From Lepidodermella squamata (Eukaryota; Animalia; Gastrotricha), in the NCBI GenBank assembly GCA_047495785.1, contig JBLDXI010000001.1, positions 4,216,001 through 4,280,000 of the forward strand: DNA of 64,000 nt. The letters run 5' to 3'. The position numbers were made by a program, and so were the translations under genes. The notes beneath the pieces were generated by a model, which was not told where the DNA came from, did not search any database, and saw nothing but the letters and a program-made list of their open reading frames with translations. Position 1 is the first letter of the stretch. Each line of letters opens with the position of its first letter. Positions 1 through 12,756 of this stretch are shown in pieces.

Positions 1-786
1 AGTCCACAATCAATTAGTTCGCGTTGGTATTATATGCGAAATGCAAAGACTCACCTTCTTCGGTGGTAGAAAAAACTGACGAGACATCCAGCCGCAAAGC
101 CGAACAAGAGGCTTGATACGACGGCAGCTCGACCTCGCAATAAGTCGGACATTGCGCGAGATTTGTTTCGATGATGATATTGTAAGTAGTATATATGGCA
201 ATTTTCACGAGGCCCGCTCAATCATTGCTCAATGCATGTTCACCGAGGTGCGTATCTTGTACTGCTTATTTGCGCAGCCCCCTGCCGTGCCCTGCAATAG
301 AGTAAGGACCCATACGAGCGAAAGATGCATTTTTTGCTTGCAGATCATAGTCTTGTAAGTGTTGTGTGTATTGAGCGCGGCTAAACACGGTGTTACTACA
401 TGATAGAAGCATTTTGCTATCAAGTACTCTCGTAGAGGGCATAAGTACGCTCTTACCGACCATTCGCGCCTATTTATCAAACGCTGCAATCGGATATTGG
501 CTTCATCCCATTGTTCATGCAGCGTTATCTGAACTATTGCGCGTTGCTTTATGCGGTAAACTGGTTAATAAAACAGTTTCTAAGTTTGAAATTGAGAATT
601 GAAGCACGTGATTGAGCTATGGAGAGAGCCCTGCTAGACAGGCCAGTGTGATCAGTGATGGTTAAAAATCAATTCCAAAGAAGAATTTCTTGATTAGCTT
701 GAACATCTCCGACCTTCATAATCAAAGCAGCTCCTCAGGGTCAAATAATTCGATCACAGTGTTGAGGCTGCTGTCGATGCTGAGTC

Positions 787-1195
787 CATAGAGAAAAAAT
801 GACCAGAGAAAGCACTCAAGCTAAAATATCTAAATCCTCATTTTAATTCAAAGTTGACTTTCTCAAAACGGATATCTCCGTTTTCTACCAAATTTTGCAT
901 GCCTATAGAACGCGAGCTGCTCTTTCACGTGGTATAAGATTTGAGGTGGGCAACCCAACCGTTGTTACGATACAAAAACCTCGTTTTCACTATGGTTTTA
1001 CTTAGTTTGATGATATCAAGACTGAGCAGCAATTGCCCACCTCAAATTTTATACCACGTGAAAGAGCAGCTCGCGTTCTATAGGCATGCAAAATTTGGTA
1101 GAAAACGGAGATATCCGTTTTGAGAACGCACTTCTATAATAATGGAGATCAATATTTTAGCTTGAGTGCTTACTCTGGTCATTTTTTTCTCTATG
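787..1195. mobile_element. Palindromic MITE with CATAG...CTATG termini and 8-bp TSD (hAT/P-like, non-autonomous)
   Basis: Outer inverted repeats (787-830 vs 1152-1195) and inner inverted repeats (about 859-953 vs 1033-1126). GCTGAGTC is duplicated at 779-786 and 1196-1203. Confidence 0.85.
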
Positions 1196-1439
1196 GCTGA
1201 GTCATAAGTCTTGGCGTATGAGGGTGAAAGACCACTAGTGCCTAGTGCCTTTTCGAGGATTTTTGTTTTGTTTTTGTTTCAATGTTGATCATTTTATTGA
1301 TTATTATATCAATCTAATTGCCGATCAAAAAAAAAGAAATTAACCGAGTAAGTATTTTCATTTTTCATGGCACCTATTGATTGGCTTTGTCGCCTCACCA
1401 TTGTGTGTCTGTTTCGATGATCACGGCACCTGCATCAAC

Positions 1440-1860
1440 AGGTCGAGGATCTTAAACTTTCGTCAAGCTCAATTGGCAAACACCTGGCCACTCACGAAGT
1501 GCCGAATAGCTTCAATATTCATGCCCACTTCAAGGTGTTACGCAAGTGTCCTAACAGATGGGACTGCCTGGTGCGCGAGAGCTTACTCATCAAGAAAACG
1601 AAGATCGCTGTGAGCCTCAACGTGCAGTCCGACTCAATAAAATTGAAGCTATTTTTACAGATGATATTTTATCCTGATTCTTTGTTGTGATTTCGCCCTT
1701 TTACTGTACTAATTCTTGGTTTGTTTCTTTGTTATAGCCTGATGATGGTCCGCGCAAGGGCCGAAACGTCGCTTAAAAATAAGAATAAAGTTGTGGTTAA
1801 AAGCAACCTACGGTCGCTCTCTTTTTTACTCAATGTTTACCCAACTCGGGTATTTATCTT
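1440..1860 (+). mobile_element. Penelope-like retroelement 3' remnant (GIY-YIG C-terminus plus pseudo-LTR)
   Basis: Translation SSIGKHLATH...FKVLRKCPNRWDCLVRESLLIKK...LNVQSDSIKLKLF resembles the Penelope GIY-YIG C-terminus. It is followed by a hammerhead motif and AATAAA. Confidence 0.7.
1736..1773 (+). ncRNA. Minimal type I hammerhead ribozyme (Penelope-associated)
   Basis: agc-CTGATGA-t-ggtcc-gcgcaa-gggcc-GAAA-cg-TC-gct: conserved core boxes, stem II ggtcc/gggcc, stem I agc/gct, and a palindromic minimal stem III. Confidence 0.75.
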
Positions 1861-4800
1861 ATCAGTAAATCGAAGAGTTTTGCCATCCTAGTGTATTTTG
1901 TTTATTATTTATTTATTTATTTTTCATCATTTTATTTAATGATTACTTCTTTATGATCTTTAAGAACTCAAAATTTACTCATCTTCCTGTGGGCCTTTTC
2001 GATCTGATCATAATTGATGAGGCTCACCACTATCCGGCGATTTCCTGGAAGCGGATAGTGGACCATTTCCCTGGCAGTAAGAAGCTGTTCCTAACAGCTA
2101 CGCCTTAACCTAAAGGCGAAAAGATTCTGCCAGGAGTGGAAGAATGCTTCGTTTATACGAGACCTCAGGCGATCTCGGATGGAATTATAAGGCCAGTAGA
2201 TTTCTCCGGAGAAGTCGGGAGGTTTGGTGGTAAAGATCCTGCTGAAATTACGACGATGGCTGTTATCAAATTTGGACTACCGTGATAAACTCGTGTTTGA
2301 CATTACTAATAGGTTCTATAGTTAGGCACAAAGCTCTCGTTGTGTGCCAGCAAAAAGAGAGCCTTATTACTATCAGTGAAATGGAGAAAACCTTCAATTG
2401 AATTGGCCATGAGAAGTTACGGTTTATCATGGCGGCATAGCGAATTCTGACTTGGAGACTGCATCAATGAGGAATTTCGGAATTGGCACCATCAGAGTGC
2501 TAATTGTATGCGAATTGCTCAAGGGAGGTTTCGACCACAATCTAATCAGCGTGATCGCAATACATATATCAGAACATTGCCAAGACCAGTCATTTTTACT
2601 TCGCACAGCTGGTTGGACGCGGTGTAAGAAAAGCCTCTCTTACACCGCACAGACGACCCAATCACGGCCATGGTCCTCGCCATTCCAAGTTTAATCAACG
2701 AGAAAACTGTGACTTGTATGACAATGTTCCTGACGATACCGGTGATGAAAATAATGACGAAAGTGAGCCTGAGGAATTTATGCCTTCAGATCAGGAATAA
2801 TACTGAATTGACGCTTCGCAAGTGATTTTAATTTTATTCGATATACCTAAAGTAAGGACTCATTCATTTTTGAACCACTTTTTTACTTAGAATTAGCTCT
2901 GTAATATAAGTGTCGTTACTATTGATTTGCGGCTGCCGGGTTCTGGGTCACGGAAGCTAGGCCGATATCTGCTATAAGACAAAGACTTGTTTACACCCCC
3001 AAATTGTAAGCTAGTAGACGCAGACAATTTAAGACACGCCTCGGCGAGCGTACCATAATCTATATTCAGACATAGCTATCTCATCTTTCAATTCCTATCC
3101 CATGACCAGCGAGAATCGATAATTATGAATTGTATTTTAATCTTTTTACGAATAGGCTTGCGGCTAACGAGTAAAATAAGCATTAAACATCTTTCCCTAA
3201 AGGTCTAAAATCTAAAGTGTCGAAAACCTTGAGCTGTTGAATGTCCCATCGTATATTTGACACATAATTGTTTTGAAGTGTCGTCTTACGTTATATTGCA
3301 GCTAATTGAAAGAACAATGTACGAAAAACGCATGCCTCGATTCGTTCATTATCTTATATTTCATCTTTCATCACACATACGCATGCCGCCCCTGCACGGT
3401 AATTTGGGTTCGGCTGAGCGGGGTAAAATTTGCACACGTCGCGGCTAATTATTTCCGTTTGCTGGCCTGGATTGCTGGCCATCAAATTTGCGTAGCCATG
3501 TGATCAATCTTAGAATTCGCCCCAGAGTAAACAAGACCCTGGCTACGACATAGGTTAGCGCTAAGTTTGGAAAATTCTATGCATTATTTATTTATCGGGA
3601 ACCCTAGTCGCGGCGGTTTATTTTGATTATTCATCGCTAATAAAAAATTTACAAAACTACGCCTTGTGTTTGTTTCTACCGCAGAATTTGCTCATTTTGC
3701 AATAGACGTCAAGAAAATTCTTCATGTCTTCCGTTACAAGGGGTCATTTTTACCTCACCAGGGTTAGAAAGTTCCGCTTAATCTCGCGTTCCAGAGGGGG
3801 GCTGACGTAGGTCCTAATTAGCCATTTGCGTGAGTCCAATAACAGGAGGAATTGTTACACTATAGAGTGCTTACACAAGATTCACAAGTTTTCAAATATA
3901 GCTGATGACTCTGTGCTGAAAATAGCCTAATGCTCCGGATAGGACTAGTTTGAGACACGCATGATTGGCTTTTGTGAATTTTGCGAATATTTCTGTATCT
4001 GTAGGACCCGTAAAATCGCACCTGGGTACTTCCCAATTTCTCATCTGTCTAGTTAACATTCTTTCCTAATGCGTAAAAATTGCATGCAGAAAATAGGAAT
4101 ATCGGTGCAGTAAGCGCAAAAAGCTTACAAGCTCAAATTCAAAATTAAAGCTGATAATTATGTTTACGCTTATATCCAGCGCCTAAATCCTTCACTTATC
4201 TGGCTAGATATAGCCTTAGGAGACTAAAAACAGGGAAATTTTTGTTTTTTGTCTCTTTTCCCGAAAACCGAGCAAAGTCTGGACAAGTAAACCGAGCCCA
4301 GGGCTACGCTACAACTAGAACCTCTATTCTACGTCCTAAGTGCGTCGTCAGAGAAAATCGTCTGCGCTTCGTGTCACTCTATACAGAGTGCTAAAAAGCG
4401 GAAGCACGGTCACACACATATGTTTTGTTTATTAAACTAATGGTCGGGCAAAATGCCGTAGGCGCGGCGATCGAGCGAAAATGCTTCCGCTTGTGAACGA
4501 ACCCTAGCTCGTGAATTTCGGCGAAAAAATGTAGTAGCCGCTCTCTTGCCTTTTTACGCAAATGAAACTTCGCTATCAAAGCTCATTTCCATCAATTTTC
4601 ACCCAAGCGATCACTCAACCTTGATTAATCGTTGAAGTCTCATCTCTAGATTGCCGTGCCAGTTTTTAACTTGAGAAAACGTAACATGCCTCTTTTCGCT
4701 TGGATATCGCCTGTTGGCCGGTCCTCGTTAACTCGAAATCAGTCGGTCGAATCAGCCCCGCCGTGTTTGAAGCCTCGAAAAAAGAATCAAAGCCCTCGTT

Positions 4801-5558
4801 TGGTTCGAAACCAGAGTCTCAACTACAAGTACCGCCATACAGTTTCTTCAGAAACTTCACCAATGAACGAAAAGAAAACACAATCTTCACCAGTTAACAA
4901 CAACTTCATCCCGCAATTACCGCCAGGTAGCTTTGTATCAGCGATTTACACTCAGTCGCCTCAGAACTACAGCCAGAAAGTACTATCGTCACAAAAACCC
5001 GCGATCAGTGACTCGACAAACCAAAATGCAGTGAAAAGTCAATGATATTCCCTCACATTTCTGTTCCCTTTCGACTTTCATTTTTTCTATGACTGAATAT
5101 AAGACGAATAAATCAAATGTTTCGCTATTTTCGTCAGTTTTTTTTACACCAAATCAGGACTCGAAATCTTGTTTATGTTTCGAACTCCAGAAACGAGTAA
5201 CCACACCCGTTTCGAACTTGGTTCATCGATTTTCGGTTCTAAGCAACCTAATATTGTTGTAGTAGGTCGTTACCCCGCTCAGTGCATTATCGATTCTTCA
5301 GCCTCTGAAAGACAGGTCTCATGAAATGCGAGCTTACAGTTTATCTCCATTCTTGTCTCTTCTTTCAGGATATAAAACTTTGAACATTCATTTCAGCGAT
5401 GGTCGGTGCATGTCACCTCCTGATGCGTGCTATGAAAGTTTATTCCAGGCATGTGACAAAGCGTGACATAACAAATGAATGTATTGTTTTGATCCTTAAA
5501 TGCGATAATTACGTCGTGTTTATGGATTCAGCTCAAAGTATCCAATTATGTCTGGTTT

Positions 5559-6716
5559 TCACTGGCCGATTAAAGTGAGAAGAGCTAGCTTGTAATCCCC
5601 GGAAGTTTCATCCTGTCGCGAGAATAAGTCATAAGCTACGCAAATTATCGATCGTCAATCAACTTACTGCGACAGCGCTGTAAAGGGACTTGCCGTATAG
5701 GCGTTGGAATTCGCTCTTTATCGAGCCAAGATCGATGTCGCACCGAGCGACAATGACGCGGATTAGCGCTTTATCTCGCGTCCCTACACCAGCCATGGCT
5801 TCGTACAAACGAGTGGCGAAGTAAGTATGCGGGTTACGAATTGCTTGAACTGGAAAATTCGTTGAAAAACAAACAAAACTCTCAAACGTAATCACAAACC
5901 AACTGCAAGAAGGGTCAGCTCTGTTTTTCCATCGAAGGCGGCTTTGATCACGTCAATGATGTCCTTTTGATAATCCGCTTTGTAAACGTCAAAAATAACG
6001 CGGAGCTGTGAGTAGCTTCGTGACGTTAAAATTGACACGAAATTCTGCTCAGTTGGTGAGTCATGGAGTAATTTTGCATCAACCTGGGCTGAAACAACGT
6101 CAGGAATCGAGTTTCCGGGGCGGTTGCAGGCTAGCAGTGCGAGGAGAAGCTTCTGAAAAGCGCCGCTTGTATCGCCCAGCACGTCTACCTCAAGAGCACG
6201 TCCGTACACTGAAAGGCAAGCATTCATTCCAGATTAAAAAACTGCGAAAATATATGGTATAGCTTCGCCTTCTCATTCTCACTCTTGAAATTATGATATG
6301 ATTTGAAAATAATCCTCACTTTGTCTGTAATTCTGTTCAATAGCTCTGAGTTCTTCGCTTGATCTTGTGCAGACGATTTCGACCAGGCAGTTCGCATCGG
6401 TTCCGCCGTTCTCAATCGCGTCGTGGAGCTCAAAAGCAGCCAATTCAACTGGGGTCTTCAACAACCGCTCCATGACCCACCAGAAACCTCCGCTCGTCTC
6501 ACTGTCAACTTCCTTATCCAAATCAACCTTGTAGATCTGCTTGTAGGCCTTCTCGATCTCTGACCGTTGTTGCCATGATCGCTTGCATAAGATACTCACG
6601 ATGGCCTCCTCATTCGTCCCAATGCCTTTCATGGCATTGTACAGTACCTCGCAATCCTTCTGAGCGTTGAAGTCGGCAGCCGCTCGAACAGTTGGATTGT
6701 AGTAGTCGGTCGACAT
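5559..6716 (-). CDS. Annexin copy 1 (short N-terminus, repeat III loop deleted); 4 exons
   Basis: Exons about 6716-6320, 6208-5900, 5849-5668, 5612-5559 with GT-AG introns. Motifs MKGIGTNE, GGTDANCLVEI, MAGVGTRD, DETSGDYKLALL. Confidence 0.93.
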
Positions 6717-6788
6717 TGTTTTATGTTGGCCAGCTGTGAAAGATGTTTTCTTGTTGAGCTGTATAATACTTAACTAAGCTCTCTGTAC

Positions 6789-6917
6789 GTGAAAAGCACA
6801 CAATACCGGCAGAGAGTCATTTGTTGGCTTGGTGCAAAAAAATTGTTATTGAGCAACGTGGTCACACATGAAACCTCGAATCTTCTCACAGTTCTGCAAT
6901 GACGCCATAAACACGAT
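6789..6917 (-). promoter_or_regulatory. Conserved upstream block shared by annexin copies 1 and 2
   Basis: About 130 bp of non-coding sequence (cacaataccggcaga.agtcatttg...aaaaaaattgttattgagc...tgcaat.acgcc) recurs at about 9831-9960, a similar distance upstream of the copy 2 ATG. Confidence 0.55.
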
Positions 6918-7086
6918 GAGATGACCAAGAAAATACCTAATTTGCCATAGTTTGGAAAGAGTTCCTTCCGGTGTTGGGTACAGAAATATGATCTTGGAGA
7001 TCGAGGATCATATCAAGGACGGCGGCTACTTATGCGCAGTCAAAGTTTAATAACAGAGAGAAAATATTCAAAGTATATTAAGGTTA

Positions 7087-8039
7087 TACAATACAGCCCC
7101 TAATTTTCGCACACGATACCTCTTGCGCGCAAATATCAGACTTCACCCTATTTTCCTGCAAGCATGGTTTCATGAGGATAAGAATGAACTTTTTTTTGTC
7201 ACAACAGCCGAGCCTTCGGTCAACAAAGCATGGCGTGTTTATTGGTAATTTTCCGAAATTGACATAATCTCCTATTTTGAACATTCCCACAAGTTGTGAA
7301 CCTGAACAAGCCAACGATGTTAAATAATTTTCACAGCTACCAAAACCAGTTGAAATTTTTTGAATGATTTCTCTAGTTTTTCATCATCCTCAGGGCTAAC
7401 AAAGAACAAAGTGGGCACTAAACTGACCCCCTCTATGTACTGAGATTGCTATATGACGCTATACAGCTTAATCCTTTGGTTGACATGGGACGTAATATAG
7501 GATGCCGCGGCTTCGAAGCTCCCATTACGTGACCGCTCGCTTTCCACCCGGCGTGAATAATTATTCCGTGAAAACGATTTAATTTTATGTCTGGGAATTT
7601 CGATATATAAACTTTTTTAAATTATAAAATATAAATAGTAATTGTTTGAATGCCAATAATTAAAAACTGCTGAGAATTAATTAGCAGCAAAGGATCGGCG
7701 ATAAGATGTGTAAAGATGTATTGATCTCGTCTTATTTTTCTCATTTTTCGTTAAGATTATTGCTAAAAGTGTAATGAGAAGATTTCATTGATCGAGTTGG
7801 ACTCTGGCCTCTTTAAAAATATTCCACTTTTCTAATTGTCTGCAAGCCGCGGCGTCCTATAGTACGTCTTATGTTGGTTGAGGCCACAGAGATAGTTTTG
7901 AGGTAGAGATTGATAACATTTGAAAATTCAGAACAAATTGGTAAGTTTGACAACAGCTGATCGCGCGAAAATAAAACGCGCGAAAAATAAAACCGGGTGA
8001 AAATAGGGCCCTGCGCGAAAAATAAGGGTTGTAAAGTAT
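7087..8039. mobile_element. Degenerate non-autonomous DNA element with a nested piggyBac-like MITE (about 7468-7885)
   Basis: Imperfect outer TIR atacaatacagcccctaatttt / aaaataagggttgtaaagtat with CGCGAAAA repeats. Inner TIR acatgggacgtaatataggatgccgcggctt / aagccgcggcgtcctatagtacgtcttatgt, preceded by TTAA. Confidence 0.55.
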
Positions 8040-8587
8040 TCTATTCAAGTGTATATTCAAGTAAATTTTAAAGTATATTCAGCCCCCTGCGCAACGCTTT
8101 GTGACCCCATTCTTAGCATTTGTTTGAATGCAGGCAAAGGATGAGCGCCCTCGCAAAACTTACCAGTCATGTCGAATATATCTAATACCCAACAACAACT
8201 TGATTTCCTAAAATCCTTAGCTTTCGGGCGCATAATTGTACCTCTTAACGGTAATCGAAAAAGCGTTATCCTTTCACTGCCGAATGAATATTCTCGCAGG
8301 GTATTGATCTCCGAGCATTGCTTTCCGATCGAGAGTGCATGCGTTTTTATTCTCGTATAAGAAAATTTGAAATCTATTTGCCTATTTAACCCTGTGACCT
8401 CGTTAGTTCCTAACTCGTGCCAATTTACTTTTTACAAAACGTCGCGTAAAAAGCGTTTCATTTTTATTGCCAAGATCTGACTAAATCTACAAACAAGCAA
8501 TCATTTCAATCTGGGATGTTGCGTCAGTTCAAATACATCTCGGGCTTCTAGCGGAATCAGCTCGAAGTGTCCAATTTTGTCCCCTTT

Positions 8588-9751
8588 TTACTGGCCGATT
8601 AAGGTCAGAAGAGCTAGTTTGTATTCGCCAGTAGCTTCATCCTGGAGGAAAAAAATAAACCATTCAAATATTGCCAAAATAATCGATTTTTAAACAACTT
8701 ACAGCGACAGCGCTGTAAAGAGACTTGCCATATAGGCGTTGGAATTCGTTCTTAATCGAGCCAAGATCGATGTCACAGCGGGCAATTATGACGCGGATTA
8801 GCGCCTTGTCACGAGTCCCTGCACCAGCCATTGCGTCGTACAGACGAGTGGCGAAATAAGCGTGCGGGTTGCGGATTGCTTGAACTGTGAAAAACGGCAT
8901 GAAAAGCTTACAAGATATCCTAATTTATGCCTACCGACTGCAAGAAGAGCCAGCTTAATGTCTCCTTCGAAAGACGATTTGATCACATCGATAATGTCCT
9001 TCTGATAATCAGCTTTGTAAACGTCGAAAATGACGCGTAGTTGGGTGTAGCTGCGCGAGGTTAGGATAGACACAAATTTTTCCTCAGTTGGAGTATCGTG
9101 GAGTACTTTCGCATCGACCTGGGCTGAAACCACATCGGGAATCGAGTTTCCGGGACGCTTGCAAGCTAGCAAGGCCAGGAGAAGTTTTTGGAATGCGCCG
9201 CTTGTGTCTTCTAGAACATCCACCTCGAGAGCTCGTCCGTATACTGAAAGTATGAATGATGAATTGAGCTTTTAACTTGTCTAACTTCTAGACAACGTTT
9301 TGAGGTGTTTCCTCTAGGTTCGAATGTCTACAGTCAAACTTTCAGAATTCTCACCTTCTTTGTATTTGAGCTCAATATCTCGAAGTTCTTCATTTGATTT
9401 GGTGCAGATGATTTCTACCAAGCACTCCTCGTCTGTTCCTGCGCCCTCGATCGCCTCATGGAGCTCGAAAGCGGCTAATTCAACCGGGGTTTTCATCAGT
9501 CGCTCCAAAACCCGCCAGAAATTTCCGCTAGTCTCACTGTCAACCTCCTTTTCCAAATCAACTTTATAGAGCTGTTTGTAAGCCTTCTCGATCTCAAAAC
9601 GCTGTTGCCATGATCTCTTGCAAAGGATATTCACGATAGCTTCTTCATTCGTCCCAACGTCTTTCATGGCATTGTAGAGGGCCTCGCAATCCTTCTGAGC
9701 ATTGAAGTTCGCTGCAGCTCGAACAGTCGGGTTGTAGTACTCGGTTGCCAT
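8588..9751 (-). CDS. Annexin copy 2 (short N-terminus, repeat III loop deleted); 4 exons
   Basis: Exons about 9751-9355, 9243-8935, 8884-8703, 8641-8588. Close paralog of copy 1: MATEYYNPTV..., IEGAGTDE, MAGAGTRD, DEATGEYKLALL. Confidence 0.93.
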
Positions 9752-10166
9752 TTTCTCTTTACAGATGCTTGATTCTAGTAAGAACTTAGAATTATGCTGT
9801 CTAGTTGAGCTGAAACAAAGCCGCTTATACGTGAAAGAACACAATACCGGCAGACAGTCATTTGCCGGCGTGAGGAAAAAAAATTGTTATTGAGCTGCGT
9901 GGACGCACACACTAATTCGAGAATCATCTCATAGTTATGCAATTACGCCGTCAACAAGATCATGACGCTTTAAGGAGAAATCACTTTCGTCTTTATTTTC
10001 CAGTTCGTCGTCATCCAGCCGATCTTAATGCTATTAGATCACTCGTATAACAGGGTTTAAATGTCTTAACATCAAAGTGACGTCACCGTAATAAAATGCA
10101 AAAAAAATAAATTTTGTATAACAGAGAAAGGTTTCAGAGAAATTTTTCTCAGCGTTGCTAATGAGT

Positions 10167-11633
10167 TTAACTAGCGGCAACGCACGAGCTGACGGTTGGG
10201 TCGTAGGGTCCGGCGCCTGGGCAGCAGCGGTAGGATCGGCTAGGGTCGTAGACGGGCTTGAAGCCCTGGCAGCAGGTGTAAGTGGTCGAACAGGCCGTGG
10301 TCATGTCCATGTTTTGAACAGGCTGAGATTCCTGAATGGGTTGGTTAATTTGGACAGGGATGATCGGCTGCTGTTGTTGTTGCTGAGGGATTTGTTGTTG
10401 TTGTTGCTGCTGCTGGAAGGGGTTGAAAGCAAAGAAGCGAGAGAAATCCATGACGTTGCCCATTGCAGGCAGAGTCGAGTCATTACAGCGAGACGAAGTC
10501 ATGTCGTAAATCGAACGGCCACAGCAAGCTAAAAGAAAAATGTTCGGTTGAAGTTATGAGTGGTTATGAGTGAGTCAATGACCAATGACTTATCATACAG
10601 TGTTGAACTATTGAACAAAAAAGTACACACTGCTGGTTTGGAAAGTTTCATGGTTAACTTCACAGGATTCCTATCGCACTCTAATCATAACCCTAACTCC
10701 AGCCATCGCCAGGAAACACACTACGCCTGTGATCTTATTCATAAATCAAATCCTTTCCCCAACTGTTATTCTACTACGAGAGAGTGTTTAACTGAAAAGC
10801 TCCTATTGCCTATAAGGCGAATGACCTAGTTTTTGAAGCTTATGATTTCAGCTTGATAACAACTTTTACTTCTTCGAGAATCTTACCATATTTGCTGAGG
10901 GCATTAGACTCCTGGAAGAGATACTGAACTCCATTGCAAGTCAGCGAGGCCGCAGCCGGAGGAAGTTGGGGTTGCTGTTGTTGCTGAGGCTGCTGGACCG
11001 GAACTTGAACGGGCGCCGGAGCTTGCTGGACTGGAATCGACTGCGGCACCTGTTGCGCAGGTGTCGAGTCTCTGCCCACGCATTGGTGCGTTGGCCAGTG
11101 GTAAATCTGCTGGCCACAGCACGAATAGTACTGAGCCTGGTCGACAGGAACTAAAAACCTTCCGCCAGCACAGTTAATCGTAGCCATTTGGGGCTGAGCC
11201 TGGCGCTGTTGTTGTTGCTGCTGAACAACAATTGGCTGTACCATTACAGCGTCTGAAGGCTGGCTCTCATAACGGTAAACAGGAACTGTCTGTTGGGGCT
11301 GGGCGACTTGAACCGGTTGAATCTGAACGAGTTGAACCGGCTGATTTTGAGGCTGAGACGAAGACTCGACAACTCGAATTTGCTGGATAGACCTCTGGTT
11401 CGTATTGTCGTTCCCGCCCGTGTATTGCATCGGGATCTGCACATTTCCGAGTAGGGCGGATATGAGGGGTGAGTTAAGGCGTAAATTCTGAGGATCTTGC
11501 TGCGAGTTCGGGTCAACAAATTGAGCTAGACCTATTCGGGCTTTCCGTGAAATTCGAAAAGTCAAATTGCGGTAGTGTCCTTACCTTGCGAGGTCAGTAG
11601 GCTGACGAGAAACGGCAGTGTGATGAATTTCAT
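10167..11633 (-). CDS. Secreted Gln/Pro/Val-rich protein with di-cysteine (galaxin-like) repeats, paralog A
   Basis: Exon 1 signal peptide MKFITLPFLVSLLTSQG|LAQ. Exons about 11633-11585, 11531-10887, 10529-10167. Modules C.G..Y/F......Y.CCG..IY.....C and C-terminal CCQG...YDP....CCPGAGPYDP....C. Confidence 0.85.
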
Positions 11634-12756
11634 GATGTAAAAGATCTAGAATGTTACACACGAGAAATGATAAAATCTCAACAGCAACGTTAGTACAAAA
11701 GCCTTTAACAAAGTCGCACCTTTTTTAATGAGAAGAGCTCGCGTATTGTTTGACGAGATTATCTTTGTAACGTTTCGTTGCCGCGTCTACACAGTTGGCT
11801 ATTCGGCCATTTTTCCTATGCTTTTTCGCCAGCAGGCATGCGTATGAGCGGCGCAGGCGCACAAACAGCCTACTGGCGGCTATTTGACAAGCCTGAGCAG
11901 GCTATTAAAGTTATCAGCAATTATATTCTCGCTCGTAGGTAAATTGTTTTTGTACGAGAGCGCAAACACGCGTTGAGGATTCATTACCAGAAAAAAATCG
12001 CAACGTGCTACACGTGGCGTGTGGATGGCACCAGTTCAAGCTGTACATGTAATTAATTGATGTGTTGGATTAACAAATAAGCCCTGTTGCCGATGCTTAT
12101 CACAACTCGGTGAGCCGAGTGTTATGCTAGCAGATCATTGCTATAGAATCGTTTCCCTTCGTGGGAGGCTGAGCTTGAGATTTGCCCGAAATTACAAAGC
12201 CCAAAACCATAAAACACGATATCACTTCTTATGAGCTAAACAGCTAAACACATTTGTAAGATTTTTTGCTTAAAAAACCAGGTTGCGAGTAAGATGAAAA
12301 CTCAACACGGTTGGACAATGTTTGGGTTTATGTACTGATTTAAAAAGAAACCTGACAAAGGATTTCGTAGCAACAAGACTGGGAATTTAATTCCGAAGAA
12401 TTCAGATTATAAATCCGGTACAACGATAGGGGCAATTATTTGGTCGTAAAACCAATTCTGATGTGGAGTCGGACTTATGGGCTCTCGTCCAAGAATTTTT
12501 CCAGATAACTCTCAAAATTATGTTATTGTTCCGTTTGTTTATTTCTTTAATTCTAAGAAAAAAAATGGCAGCTCACAGTCGCAGACTTGAAGGTGATCAC
12601 ACGGATACTCTGTACATTTTATAAATCAGAAAAATTTCAAAAAGTTTATGGGTTATAATGAACTTAATATTTGTTATTATACTACTGTTGGCATGGCTAT
12701 CAGAAAAATTATGTCGATTTTAGTTTTTTTTTTTACAGCACTCGGCTATTAGGTTC

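Noticed and set aside
14-329. Minus-strand signal-peptide-like MHLSLVWVLTLLQGTAG followed by QCPTYC...SCSAL, possibly another PAN-like gene
   Set aside because: The frames do not join by a convincing splice and stops intervene. At best a pseudogene.
1900-2800. Possible decayed LINE on the minus strand with a (TAAA)-like tail
   Set aside because: No identifiable RT or endonuclease motif could be read.
4656-5045. 129-aa Ser/Pro/Gln-rich ORF
   Set aside because: No recognisable motif or splice context, and a non-ATG start.
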